Source of the DNA: Promethearchaeota archaeon
GTDB lineage: Archaea; Asgardarchaeota; Lokiarchaeia; Sigyniarchaeales; SOKP01
Direction: 5' to 3'
DNA length: 45,998 bases
Assembly (NCBI GenBank): GCA_019058295.1
Contig: JAHPZI010000003.1
Span: 1-45,998, forward strand
The notes beneath the pieces are model-generated. The model did not search any database. It was not told where the DNA came from and saw nothing but the letters and a program-made list of their open reading frames with translations. Below, one piece after another: positions 27,774-37,478 of this stretch; positions within the stretch are counted from its first letter, which is position 1, and every line of letters starts with the position of its first letter. Position numbers and translations under genes: made by a program.

Positions 27774-28622
27774 TTAAATCTCATCATAATTTTTTTTTTT
27801 TTTCCCCTCAATCATTTTTTTATAGCTAAAATCAATGTTATCATATAACACATCAGCGTTATCTTGATCTAACTCAAGTGCTTTTCTATAACATTCTATT
27901 GACTTTTTATAATCTTCATTAAAAGTATATGCGAGTCCTAAACCATTCCAAGCATTGATGGAATATGGATCAATTTTAAGGGCTTCTTTATAGCATTTAA
28001 TTGCTTCTTTAAATTCGTTTAATTCGTAATACATATTCCCTAAATTACTCCAGAGTATAGCGTTATCTTGATCTAACTCAAGAGCTAATTTATAATAGAA
28101 TAGAGCATTATCATAATCTTTTTGGTCATAATATATTTGACCTAAATTTTTTAAAAGAAGAATATTATCTGGATCAATGTTTAGAGCCTTTTTATAGCTC
28201 TTAATTGCCTCATCGTACATCTCGTTATTCCTGTGGATTGATGCAATATTATTTAAGGGATCGATGTAGCTGGGATCAATTTCAAGAGCCTTGTTGTAAT
28301 ATTTAATGGCTTTATCAAACTCCTCCAAATCTTCAAATGAATAGCCCAAATTATAAAGGGTTATACTGTCGTCGGGCTCAAGCTCTAAAGATTTTTTATA
28401 AGATTCAATGGCTTTATGATAATTCCCATTACAAGAATGTGAAAGTCCAAGATTATTCCATGCTTCGCTCGAATATGGATTTAATTCTATTACTTTTTCA
28501 TAACATTCTATTGCTTTTGAATAATTAGTTTCATCATAATAAACATCACCTAAATTCATCCATGAATCTACATCGTGAGGATCAATATCAACTAATTCTT
28601 TATAACGATCAATTTTATTCAT
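27774..28622 (-). CDS. Tetratricopeptide repeat protein (about 7 TPRs)
   Basis: 34-aa repeats of W.NLG..Y.....Y..AI..Y.KALE.DP; likely ATG 28622 (ORF track extends to 28673). Confidence 0.9.
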   Translation of the reverse strand: MNKIDRYKELVDIDPHDVDSWMNLGDVYYDETNYSKAIECYEKVIELNPYSSEAWNNLGLSHSCNGNYHKAIESYKKSLELEPDDSITLYNLGYSFEDLEEFDKAIKYYNKALEIDPSYIDPLNNIASIHRNNEMYDEAIKSYKKALNIDPDNILLLKNLGQIYYDQKDYDNALFYYKLALELDQDNAILWSNLGNMYYELNEFKEAIKCYKEALKIDPYSINAWNGLGLAYTFNEDYKKSIECYRKALELDQDNADVLYDNIDFSYKKMIEGKKKKNYDEI

Positions 28623-28715
28623 TAAGAATCTATTAAAGATAAAAGAATCATAGAAAATAAGTGTAATTGACAAAAATTTATAAAAAAAATTAAAAAAAGA
28701 GCAATAAGAAGACGA

Positions 28716-29759
28716 CTATTTACCCAATAGAAGCATCTTATCTTGGACCTGATCGCTTAATAATATTCTATAATATTTCTTTTTATCTTTGCTCTCTATA
28801 AATATCTCTTCTAGTTTGCCCTCTACGATCACTTCTTCTCCTTTTTTTGCATGTTCACAGAATCTTCCTCTAAATGAATTAATCTCGCTGATATCATTTA
28901 GATGCATTCGATTTTGTGGGATATCGCTTTCAATAATTTTAATTACATTAATTTTATAGGAACATGGTGTAAAGATCGAATTTTTATCGTCTATGATTAA
29001 TGCCTTGAGTTTAATTCTACCGTAATTTTTATATCTGTAATCATAAAAACTTCCTTGCCAATCTTCTGGACTTTTAATGTATCGGATGAAGAATTCAAAA
29101 CCATTAAACATTCCTTGATGTAGTTTTCTCTGTTCGCATCGAATAAAATTATTAAATGGGATGTCAGAACCTCCCGCTCTCCATTCATAATGAGATTTAA
29201 ATTCTTGTAGATTATATTTCCGGCAATTTTCAGATTTATTTAATATTTCTTCAATTTTTTTTTGGAATTTCAAACTTACGTCCGTACCATAAATGATCAG
29301 ATCAATGTCAGAATCGTCTTTACTTAAACCTATCATAGAGGAACCAGTTATTCCTATTGAATTGTCAGGTACTCCTTCCTGAATAAATAATTCACATAAT
29401 TCTTTTGAAGATTTTTCAATTTGAGAAAGTTTAGATTTATTGAATAAACTCTTAAAATACTCTCGAGGAGTATAAATTTTTTTAATATCTTTGTCTTTAA
29501 CTCCCTGTAATTCTAAATCAAGTTCCTCGGAGAAAAAAAGATATTTAGGATAATTTTCTCTTAAGAACAAATATCTTTCTTTTAAATCATAAATTTTTTT
29601 ATATTTTCTTCCATTTTTTATTCTATCGCCCTCTGAATGAGGATAAAATCGTATAAAGCATATTTTTCGATCTTTTGGATGAAGAAGCCCTTTTACATCA
29701 AAAAATAGATTATCCTTAGTTTCAATATAATCCCCTTCAATCCCTCTAATAATTTCCAT
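28716..29759 (-). CDS. Archaeal predicted nucleotidyltransferase (Pol-beta-like fold)
   Basis: IGITGSSMIGL...DSDIDLIIYG signature; N-terminal EGDY..T....FDVKGLLHP. Confidence 0.75.
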   Translation of the reverse strand: MEIIRGIEGDYIETKDNLFFDVKGLLHPKDRKICFIRFYPHSEGDRIKNGRKYKKIYDLKERYLFLRENYPKYLFFSEELDLELQGVKDKDIKKIYTPREYFKSLFNKSKLSQIEKSSKELCELFIQEGVPDNSIGITGSSMIGLSKDDSDIDLIIYGTDVSLKFQKKIEEILNKSENCRKYNLQEFKSHYEWRAGGSDIPFNNFIRCEQRKLHQGMFNGFEFFIRYIKSPEDWQGSFYDYRYKNYGRIKLKALIIDDKNSIFTPCSYKINVIKIIESDIPQNRMHLNDISEINSFRGRFCEHAKKGEEVIVEGKLEEIFIESKDKKKYYRILLSDQVQDKMLLLGK

Positions 29760-29771
29760 AATCTTTATAAA

Positions 29772-30731
29772 TTAAATGCTTTTAATTTTTCTTTTTAGTT
29801 CTCCTATGGTAGTTTTAAGTTCAGCATAAACGTTATGTGGATGGATTGATTCTTCTGATTCTATTTTGAATATAATTTTAAAATCATCTTCTAAATTCGG
29901 ATAATCTTTTTCTATAAAATTTTTTGCCATTTCTCTAACAGCATCTTCAGAAAATAACGGATTAAGATGAGAACTTCTAACTAATTCAGCTTCTTGAGGT
30001 CTTTTTAAAACACTCTGTATTTTACCACTCATGCTTTCTTCAATAACGTCGATTATATCCAAAACATCAATCTTATGATTTTCCAAATCCTTAATTTGGA
30101 CAATAATAGTTCCCTTAGAACGCTGATTGTGAGAGGAAAAGGGTAAAATATTAATCAATTTTTCAATGTCTTCTTTAGAAATATTGATATCTTCTCTTGT
30201 TTTAATAACTTCTGCCGCATATTCCTGAGACATTTCTTTAGCGCATGGACAAACGGTCATACCAACGGCGCTTGCTCCAATATAATAATTATAATCAATT
30301 TCGCCAGAAGATCCACATCTTTTTGCTTTAACATAAGAACTAATATTATAAGCTTTTTGTATATTTCTCTGTTCGCTTTCTCTAACTTGGACAATGATTT
30401 TTCCCTCTAATTTTACTTCAGCTTTTTTTGTATAGGGATGAGCCTCTAACAACCTCTTTACAATTCTATAGGCTACAAATTCAATTGTAGGAGTAGGTTC
30501 AAAAATAACTTCATTAATAACTTCTTCAATAGTCTCTGAGGTTCTAGACATATGAATTCCGCGTTGCTGTCCTGGAAGAGAAATTAAAGCAGAAATTTTA
30601 GGATAAAATGAATATTTTTTGTCTTCTTGTACAATTTCAACTTTCTTTTCAAGTCCAACGATACCAACTTTATCAAGTGGTAAGTCTACTGATGAAGGTT
30701 TTGAACTTTGTAAATCCGTCTTGAAAGGAAT
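29772..30731 (-). CDS. mptA: GTP cyclohydrolase IV (MptA/FolE2 family)
   Basis: RGIHMSR, GMTVCPCA, SHNQR, LKRP.E, NPLFSED.VR, ESIHPHN; frame continues upstream of the ORF-track ATG (30551) with family-like TDLQ..LPLDKVGIVGL to an ATT at 30731/30734. Confidence 0.9.
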   Translation of the reverse strand: MPFKTDLQSSKPSSVDLPLDKVGIVGLEKKVEIVQEDKKYSFYPKISALISLPGQQRGIHMSRTSETIEEVINEVIFEPTPTIEFVAYRIVKRLLEAHPYTKKAEVKLEGKIIVQVRESEQRNIQKAYNISSYVKAKRCGSSGEIDYNYYIGASAVGMTVCPCAKEMSQEYAAEVIKTREDINISKEDIEKLINILPFSSHNQRSKGTIIVQIKDLENHKIDVLDIIDVIEESMSGKIQSVLKRPQEAELVRSSHLNPLFSEDAVREMAKNFIEKDYPNLEDDFKIIFKIESEESIHPHNVYAELKTTIGELKRKIKSI

Positions 30732-30835
30732 AATGTGCCACCGATAACTTAAATTAATTTTTTGTTCTAATTTATAATAATTTAATATTAAATTATATTA
30801 TTTTTTAATACACTATTTAAAAATTCAAGTAATAA

Positions 30836-32005
30836 ATGCCTAATTCTCAAATTTTTTGTAAATATGGTCTCATAGGAGAAAATTTAGATTTAAAAGAGAA
30901 TATATCATTAGAAATCGATAAAGAAGGACAAATTTTAAATATTGATTTTGAAAATCCGGGTAAAATATTAGATATTATTCCTGAAAACAAAAATAATTTA
31001 ATGATACCTGGGCTTATTAATTCTCATGTCCATATTGTTGATAATTTTGCTAAAGAAATGGGTTTTAACAAAGAATTACGTGAGATTGTAGCACCTCCTT
31101 TCGGTTTAAAACATAAAATGCTTAGACAAACTTCAGAGGACATTAAAATTGAAGGAATTCAAAATGCTGTTATAGAAATGCTTTCAAATGGAATAACATA
31201 TTTTATTGATTTTAGAGAGGGAGGATGTGATGGAGTAAATCTTTTAAAAAAGGCTTTAAAGCAAAATCCAATAAATTATTTAATCTTAGGCAGATTCGAG
31301 GATGAGAGTGAAATAGATTCTATATTTAATTTGGCAGATGGGGTAGGACTCGCAAGCTATAACCAAATAACTACAACAAATATAAAATGGGTTATAGAAT
31401 CTAAACGAAAATTCAATAAAATAATTGCATGTCATTGTGCTGAGAGCAATCGAAATACTAGTTTAATAAAAAAAATGTTTAACGATAATCTTGTTGATGT
31501 AATCGTCCATGGAACAAAATTCATGAAAGATGATCTAGAAAAAATAAAAAAAGAAAAAAAATCATTAATTCTCTGTCCCAGATGTAATGGATATTTTGGA
31601 TCGGGATTTCCCCCTATTATGGATATTTTAAGATTAGGAATTCCTGTATCCTTAGGAACAGATAATTTAATGGTAAATAATGCTGATTTATTTGAAGAAA
31701 TGCGATATCTTTACAGAATTTCAAGAGTATTATGCAATTTTGATAAAAATATTCAATTAACCTCAAAAGTATTATTAAAAATGGTAACCATTAACGCAGC
31801 AAAAACTTTTGGCCTTGAAAATAAATTTGGCTCGATTTCAGAAGGAAAGTCAGCCGATTTATTTTTGATTGACCTAAATGAACCAAATTTATACTCATGT
31901 AATATAGATAATGATAATATATTTAACTTAATCACTCAAAGAACAAAATCCGAAAATATTAAAAAAACTTATATAAAAGGAGAATTAGTATTTGAAAGAA
32001 AATAA
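30836..32005 (+). CDS. Amidohydrolase-superfamily metal-dependent deaminase
   Basis: PGLINSHVHI, HCAES, VHG, LCPR.N, SLGTDN, GSISEGKSADL. Confidence 0.85.
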   Translation: MPNSQIFCKYGLIGENLDLKENISLEIDKEGQILNIDFENPGKILDIIPENKNNLMIPGLINSHVHIVDNFAKEMGFNKELREIVAPPFGLKHKMLRQTSEDIKIEGIQNAVIEMLSNGITYFIDFREGGCDGVNLLKKALKQNPINYLILGRFEDESEIDSIFNLADGVGLASYNQITTTNIKWVIESKRKFNKIIACHCAESNRNTSLIKKMFNDNLVDVIVHGTKFMKDDLEKIKKEKKSLILCPRCNGYFGSGFPPIMDILRLGIPVSLGTDNLMVNNADLFEEMRYLYRISRVLCNFDKNIQLTSKVLLKMVTINAAKTFGLENKFGSISEGKSADLFLIDLNEPNLYSCNIDNDNIFNLITQRTKSENIKKTYIKGELVFERK

Positions 32006-32011
32006 ATATTC

Positions 32012-32029
32012 ATGGGGTATTTGCCCCAT
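32012..32029. terminator. Hairpin ATGGGG-N6-CCCCAT between convergent genes
   Basis: Inverted repeat 6 nt after the amidohydrolase stop and about 26 nt after the stop of the convergent small ORF. Confidence 0.4.
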
Positions 32030-32055
32030 TGATGCGGAATGAAAACACTTGTAGA

Positions 32056-32238
32056 TTATTTATACGATAATATATATGCTCTATTAGTTAGGTCAAATTC
32101 TTCAATTTTGATATCTGACATTGATTTTTTATAATCTACACTACTGAGAGGCACTTTAACTACTATTTTATAATCCTCCAAATATAGATTATTGTAAAAA
32201 ATCCTATCCTGTTTGTCAAAATCTATAAATTGACCTAT
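32056..32238 (-). CDS. Small hypothetical protein (60 aa) with non-canonical ATA start, not in the ORF track
   Basis: Strong RBS AAGGAGGTG 7 nt upstream of ATA; (M)GQFIDFDKQDRIFYNNLYLEDYKIVVKVPLSSVDYKKSMSDIKIEEFDLTNRAYILSYK*. Confidence 0.5.
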   Translation of the reverse strand: MGQFIDFDKQDRIFYNNLYLEDYKIVVKVPLSSVDYKKSMSDIKIEEFDLTNRAYILSYK

Positions 32239-32309
32239 ACAAATCCACCTCCTTAATTTATGTTTTGTTTTTTTTAATATTTTATGAAATTTTTTTTAAT
32301 AACTTTTAT

Positions 32310-32395
32310 GCCTGTTTAGGCTATAGTTTTTCGGCAACTCTATGTGCCGTGCGAGGGTTTTTTATAATGCGAGACCACTACGCCTACTCGCTATA
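32310..32395 (-). ncRNA. Candidate structured cis-regulatory RNA or small RNA
   Basis: GC-rich island in very AT-rich DNA with three hairpins and alternative pairings, upstream of ORF 32056..32238; no known family recognised. Confidence 0.35.
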
Positions 32396-32765
32396 TTTTT
32401 TTTATTTTTCTTTTTTTCTTTTTTTACATCCCTCATAACATTTTTTTCTAGTTATATTTTTTTGTTTAAGTATATATTTTTTAATTTTGGTTATATTATG
32501 ATCAATATGTTAATATTCATATTTAAATGTTACTATTTCATCCAGTGATCAGTGGGAAAAGTGGACGAATGCATGATATGCCCATAAAAAAGTGATCATA
32601 AAATGATTAATAAAACCACTAGTATAAAAAAATGAGATTATCTTATAGATACTTTTTTTAGGTAATAATAATTTAAGTTAAAAATTTTATTTCTTCTTGA
32701 TTTTTATATATAAAAGAAAATTATTCTGAGACTTGAAACATTACAAATAATTAAGGAGCACTATT

Positions 32766-33425
32766 TTGGAATTCAAAAAGCCGTATATAATTCTTAGTGC
32801 GGCCATGACTATAGATGGAAAAATAGCTACAAAGACGGGTGATCCTGAACTTTCAGATGAGCAAGACTGGCGAGAAGTGCATAAATTGCGATCAACTGTT
32901 GACGCAATTATGGTTGGAAAGGGAACAATATTAAAAGACAATCCAAAACTTCACATAAAATTCTACGAACATAAAGGATATTTTCGGATTGTAGTAGATA
33001 GCAATTTATCTATTCCAATTGATTCGAAAGTTATTGATTTTCAACCTGAAACTTATCCAACAATTATATGTACAACTGAAAATGCACCTACAGAAAAAAT
33101 CAAGGAATTCGAAGCTATAAAGATAAAAATAATTCGTTCAGGAAAAGGAGAAAAAGTAGATATCGTAAAACTAATGCCCTTTTTATATGATTTAGGGATA
33201 AAAACGATCTTATTAGAAGGAGGAGGGACTTTAAATTGGAGTTTTATTAAAAATAATTTAGTAGATGAGATGCGGATAACAATTGCTCCGTGGATTGTAG
33301 GAGGGAAAGATGCTATTAGTTTAGTTGAAGGAGAGGGATTCGAAAAAATGGTTCAAGCTACGCGACTTAAATTAATTGATGTTGTTAATAGAGATAATTA
33401 TGTAATTTTAAAATATAAAAAGTAG
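32766..33425 (+). CDS. arfC: 2,5-diamino-6-ribosylamino-4(3H)-pyrimidinone 5'-phosphate reductase (RibD C-terminal/Rib7 type)
   Basis: AAMTIDGKIAT, VHKLR..VDAIMVGKGTILKDNPKL, LLEGGGTLNWSF; AAGGAG RBS. Confidence 0.88.
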   Translation: MEFKKPYIILSAAMTIDGKIATKTGDPELSDEQDWREVHKLRSTVDAIMVGKGTILKDNPKLHIKFYEHKGYFRIVVDSNLSIPIDSKVIDFQPETYPTIICTTENAPTEKIKEFEAIKIKIIRSGKGEKVDIVKLMPFLYDLGIKTILLEGGGTLNWSFIKNNLVDEMRITIAPWIVGGKDAISLVEGEGFEKMVQATRLKLIDVVNRDNYVILKYKK

Positions 33426-34531
33426 TGATAATGAACAATAGAGAAGATATTGAATATTTTAAAAGCTTATCAATTAAAAAAATAAAGGAAAAAGTAAAAG
33501 AGATAAAAGCTCAATTACCTAAAGAAGAGCAAAATGTAATTACATATTCTAAAAATTTTACATTATCACTTTCTAATTATTGTCAAAATTTTTGTAGTTA
33601 TTGCTTCTATAATTACAAAGTTCCTAAAGTTTCAGGGGAGGGAAATGTTATTTTATTGGATAATGATCAAATGAAAACTCTTATCCAAAAAGCCCTTTCC
33701 TATAATTGTAAGGAAGCTCTATTAATGTCTGGAGAAAGACCATATAGTTTTGAAGAAGTTCAGAAAGAATTAGAAAATAGAAATTGTATTGATTTTATTG
33801 AGTTTATTAAGGATATTTGTACGTATTTATTAGATTTAAATTTACTTCCCCATTCTAATATTGGTCTGCTTTCATATGAAGAATTAAGGGATTTAAAGAA
33901 TTATAATGCCAGCATGGGATTAATGTTGGAAAGTACGAGCATGGAACTCTTTAAAAAAGGTGGGGTACACGAATTTTCTCCTGGAAAACTTCCTGAAAAG
34001 AGAATAAGACATATTGAAGATGCTGGTAAGTTAAAAATCCCGTTTACTACTGGATTGTTGTTGGGTATTGGAGAAACTTTAGAAAATAGAGTTAATGATC
34101 TACATTTGATTAAAAAAATACATGAAAAATACGGTCATATCCAAGAGGTTATAATTCAGAATTTTGTGTATAAAGATGGTGTACAATATCATCCCGAAAA
34201 TCCCATTTCAATTGAAGATATGTTGAAAATAGCTGGCATAGCAAAATTAATTTTTAAAAACGAAATTGCTATTCAAGTTCCACCAAATTTAATCTCTGGA
34301 TTTGAAAAAGATTTTATTGAGATGGGTGTTGATGATTTTGGAGGAATATCACCGTTCACAATAGATTACATTAATCCTAATATGTCTTGGCCTCAAATTG
34401 ATGATTTAAATCAAATCTGTAAAAGATTAGGTTTTGTACTTAAAGAAAGACTTCCTATCTACGATAAATTTATAAAAAAGAGCGAATTCTGTCCCGTAAG
34501 TATTAAAAAAAGAATTGAGAGTATAATTTAA
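33425..34531 (+). CDS. cofG: FO synthase subunit 1 (radical SAM), F420 biosynthesis
   Basis: ITYSKN, CQNFCSYC, LPHSN.G, NASMGLMLE, IPFTTGLL.GIGE, YGHIQEVIIQNF, IQVPPNL, DFGGISP. Confidence 0.92.
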   Translation: MIMNNREDIEYFKSLSIKKIKEKVKEIKAQLPKEEQNVITYSKNFTLSLSNYCQNFCSYCFYNYKVPKVSGEGNVILLDNDQMKTLIQKALSYNCKEALLMSGERPYSFEEVQKELENRNCIDFIEFIKDICTYLLDLNLLPHSNIGLLSYEELRDLKNYNASMGLMLESTSMELFKKGGVHEFSPGKLPEKRIRHIEDAGKLKIPFTTGLLLGIGETLENRVNDLHLIKKIHEKYGHIQEVIIQNFVYKDGVQYHPENPISIEDMLKIAGIAKLIFKNEIAIQVPPNLISGFEKDFIEMGVDDFGGISPFTIDYINPNMSWPQIDDLNQICKRLGFVLKERLPIYDKFIKKSEFCPVSIKKRIESII

Positions 34532-35662
34532 ATGCTAAAATCTGAAGTTTTTAATCATATAAAACCTAAAATCAAATCTATTCTAAAAAAGGCTCTCAAT
34601 TCAGAAGAAGATTTAACTTTAGAAGAAGGCTTTGAACTGCTCAAAGTTACTGGCAAGGAATTTATTGCCTTACAAAACGTTGCTGATACGATCTGCTTTG
34701 AAAAAAAGAGAGATTTAGTGACTTTTGTAATAAATCGCAACATAAATTTTACAAATATATGTTTTCAAGAGTGTAAATTTTGTTGTTTTAGTGTTCCCGA
34801 TAAAAATAAAGGATTTTTATTAACTCTTGATGAGATTAAAGAAAAAGTTATAGAGGCAAAAAGAAATAATTGTACTGAAGTTTGTATTCAAGGAGGGATA
34901 CACCCTGATTTAACTTTTGAATTCTATTTGGATATTTTGAAAACAGTAAAGGATGTTGATAGAAGAATTCATACACACGCTTTTTCACCTCAAGAAATAT
35001 TATATATGTCTCAATTATTTGGAGATACTATTGAGAATACATTAAAGGAATTGCAGAAAGCAGGTTTAGATTCAATACCTGGAACTGCGGCTGAAATATT
35101 AGTTGATAAAATAAGAGAAATTATCTGTCCAAATAAAGTCTCTGTATCTCAATGGAAAGATATTATTACATCTGCTCATAATTTGGGTATTCCAACTACA
35201 TCAACTATTATGTACGGTCATATCGAGGATTTAAAGGATAGAATTGTACATTTAGAGATTTTAAGAGAGATTCAAAAAGAAACTCATGGTTTTACCGAAT
35301 TTGTTCCATTACCTTTTGTTAGAGAGAATTCTATATTATCAAAACAAAATGAATTTCCTTTAAAATATAGTTATGGAGTGGCAGATTTAAAGCTCTATAG
35401 TGTAGCAAGATTGTTTCTTAATAATTATATTAATAATATTCAGACTTCTTGGGTAAAATTAGGTCCAAAACTCGCTCAAATTTCTTTGAATTATGGTGTA
35501 AATGACTTTTCCGGTACATTGATGGAAGAAAACATATCGAAGAGTGCTGGGGCGGGCTTTGGAGAATATTTACCTCCAGATGAAATGATAAGAATAATTA
35601 AATCTGCAGGCAAACACCCTGCTCAAAGGGATACTGTTTATAATATTATTCGAAATTATTGA
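34532..35662 (+). CDS. cofH: FO synthase subunit 2 (radical SAM), F420 biosynthesis
   Basis: VTFVINRNINFTNICFQECKFC, PGTAAEIL, FTEFVPLPF, NIQTSWVKLG, NDFSGTLMEENIS; abuts cofG. Confidence 0.92.
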   Translation: MLKSEVFNHIKPKIKSILKKALNSEEDLTLEEGFELLKVTGKEFIALQNVADTICFEKKRDLVTFVINRNINFTNICFQECKFCCFSVPDKNKGFLLTLDEIKEKVIEAKRNNCTEVCIQGGIHPDLTFEFYLDILKTVKDVDRRIHTHAFSPQEILYMSQLFGDTIENTLKELQKAGLDSIPGTAAEILVDKIREIICPNKVSVSQWKDIITSAHNLGIPTTSTIMYGHIEDLKDRIVHLEILREIQKETHGFTEFVPLPFVRENSILSKQNEFPLKYSYGVADLKLYSVARLFLNNYINNIQTSWVKLGPKLAQISLNYGVNDFSGTLMEENISKSAGAGFGEYLPPDEMIRIIKSAGKHPAQRDTVYNIIRNY

Positions 35663-37056
35663 TTTTTGACTCTAGTACCATCAATCGAAAAAAAATTTTT
35701 TCTCATATATAAGTAAATACATATAAGTGGTATAATTACTAATCCAATGAGAGGAGGTAAAATTTCTATTATATTGTGTGGCTGATCACTACATTCAGGG
35801 TCAAAATCAACAATGCCGTCATGGATTTGTATTGTTTCGATTTCAGCGTCGTTAAATTCTCTTAAAATCCGTAATATAGCTGATATTGCGTGTTGATTGT
35901 AATCAATACGAATATCATAGGCATCTTTTATTGTAAAACCATTATGAAATCCTCCATAGGCGCGATTAGGACATGCTAATTGTGATTTTTTGCGAAACTG
36001 AAGTGTTAAAACCCATTCAATACCAGCTTTTAAACTTTCATAATATTTTGCGACTCTTTTGGAGTCATATACTGATTTAGCAACTCTATAGGCATCGCCA
36101 ATACCTTCTAAATATACGCCAGTATTCACTGTTGGGCCTATAAAATAACCATAAAGATCGTTCCCTAACACATCTAATTCATGCTGAAAATTTTGTCTAG
36201 ATATTTGAATATCGGTCATATTGAAACAAAAATCACGAAATTTTGAATTATCCGTTAATTCATACCATTTTGCACAACCTGAAGTAGCCCAAGGAATAAA
36301 AGCAGCATCATCGTAATCATAATCTTCTGACCAATAATAATCAAGAGCATCTTCCATTGCTCTACGATAGCTTCCATGGTCAAGCATATCATAGGCCAAT
36401 GCGAGAGCAAAAAAAGCTTCCCCCGAATAATATCGGTTTTCTCCACGCTCTCCGTAAAGTCCATCAAAAGCCCCATCATCACGCTGTTGAGATACAATGA
36501 AGTTAGCGAAATTCTCGACATAGGAATTATATTTTTCATTTTCCGTAGCCTCCCAATAGCGAACCATTCCGAGTATAGCAAGTGAGACTGTTCCAACTTT
36601 CATTTTGCCTCCCCAGTTTATTGCCCATTTATCCCAACTTATCATTTGAGTAAAACTACATAAATAATCTAGTCCTGCTTCACCTGCAGTTAAATATTTT
36701 TCCTCTTCTAATTCCTCATATAAGTCCAATAGAGCATAAGTTGTTCCAGCATGTCTTACAATATTATATTCTGAATCATCATATTCATCATCTTCGGCAT
36801 CGTAGAGATATCTGTACTTACCGTTGCAATATTGATTGAAAACGAGATTATCAGCCCCATAACGAGCACATTCCTCAACTAAACTATCTGCAATACCATC
36901 TTCGTAATACTCACGTTCTTCCCAATCAGGATCACAATCAAAATTCTTACAACAAAAAGGATCGTAGAAAAGCGTTAGATATCTTAGAAGGACTCCGATC
37001 CCAATACTTAAAAGGATTATCGTAATTACCGATATTGTTTTTTTTTTATTACCCAT
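35656..37056 (-). CDS. Membrane-anchored alpha/alpha-toroid (six-hairpin glycosidase-like) protein
   Basis: N- and C-terminal TM segments; YNIVRHAG, QQRDDGAF, YYSGEAFFAL, RIDYNQHAISA motifs. Confidence 0.55.
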   Translation of the reverse strand: MGNKKKTISVITIILLSIGIGVLLRYLTLFYDPFCCKNFDCDPDWEEREYYEDGIADSLVEECARYGADNLVFNQYCNGKYRYLYDAEDDEYDDSEYNIVRHAGTTYALLDLYEELEEEKYLTAGEAGLDYLCSFTQMISWDKWAINWGGKMKVGTVSLAILGMVRYWEATENEKYNSYVENFANFIVSQQRDDGAFDGLYGERGENRYYSGEAFFALALAYDMLDHGSYRRAMEDALDYYWSEDYDYDDAAFIPWATSGCAKWYELTDNSKFRDFCFNMTDIQISRQNFQHELDVLGNDLYGYFIGPTVNTGVYLEGIGDAYRVAKSVYDSKRVAKYYESLKAGIEWVLTLQFRKKSQLACPNRAYGGFHNGFTIKDAYDIRIDYNQHAISAILRILREFNDAEIETIQIHDGIVDFDPECSDQPHNIIEILPPLIGLVIIPLICIYLYMRKNFFSIDGTRVKNQ

Positions 37057-37148
37057 TTTTTTTTATAAAAATATCTAATTGTTTAAAGAATATTTTTAAT
37101 TTTAATCATTATTATAATTTTACATCAATAAAAAACTGAGTTGATTAT

Positions 37149-37442
37149 TTGCCAATAACTGTAATTGCTATGGTAAAAGTAAAAGAAGGAAAAATGGAAG
37201 AAGCTATTGAGGTTTTGAAAGAAATTGCCCCAAAAGTAAGAGAATCTGAACCTGGAACCCTTGAATATATCCCTCATACTGTGAAAGGTTCAAAAGAAAA
37301 GAACACAATACTTTTTTATGAAAAGTATGCGGATCCAAAGGCATCACAAGAACATATGCAAAAACTTGGAAAAACTATGGAAAAATTGTTGCCGCTTTTA
37401 GAACCAGGAATGGATATTAAAACTTGTTTTGAGATAGTATAA
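37149..37442 (+). CDS. ABM-family (YgiN-like) monooxygenase
   Basis: VIAMVKVKEGK.EE, EPGTLEY, FYEKYAD..A...H. Confidence 0.85.
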   Translation: MPITVIAMVKVKEGKMEEAIEVLKEIAPKVRESEPGTLEYIPHTVKGSKEKNTILFYEKYADPKASQEHMQKLGKTMEKLLPLLEPGMDIKTCFEIV

Positions 37443-37478
37443 AATTAACTTTTTATTCATCTTTTTTTTCTTTTTTAG

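Noticed and set aside
27855-28082. Exact 24-bp direct repeat AGCGTTATCTTGATCTAACTCAAG, 204 bp apart
   Set aside because: Spacing equals two TPR units inside the TPR gene; explained by repeat expansion, not a CRISPR array or att site
32006-32055. Possible SECIS element
   Set aside because: No in-frame TGA selenoprotein candidate was seen nearby; the hairpin fits a terminator between convergent genes better
32369-32393. Minus-strand TAGGCGTAGTGG resembling a tRNA D-arm
   Set aside because: No T-arm (GTTCRA), anticodon arm or acceptor stem can be built
32342-32548. 68-aa Phe-rich ORF on +
   Set aside because: Translation of poly-T intergenic DNA; no RBS or family signal
32541-32600. FMN riboswitch or C/D box sRNA upstream of arfC
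   Set aside because: RFN consensus segments are absent; the C-box-like ATGATCA and CTGA on the minus strand lack convincing internal C'/D' boxes
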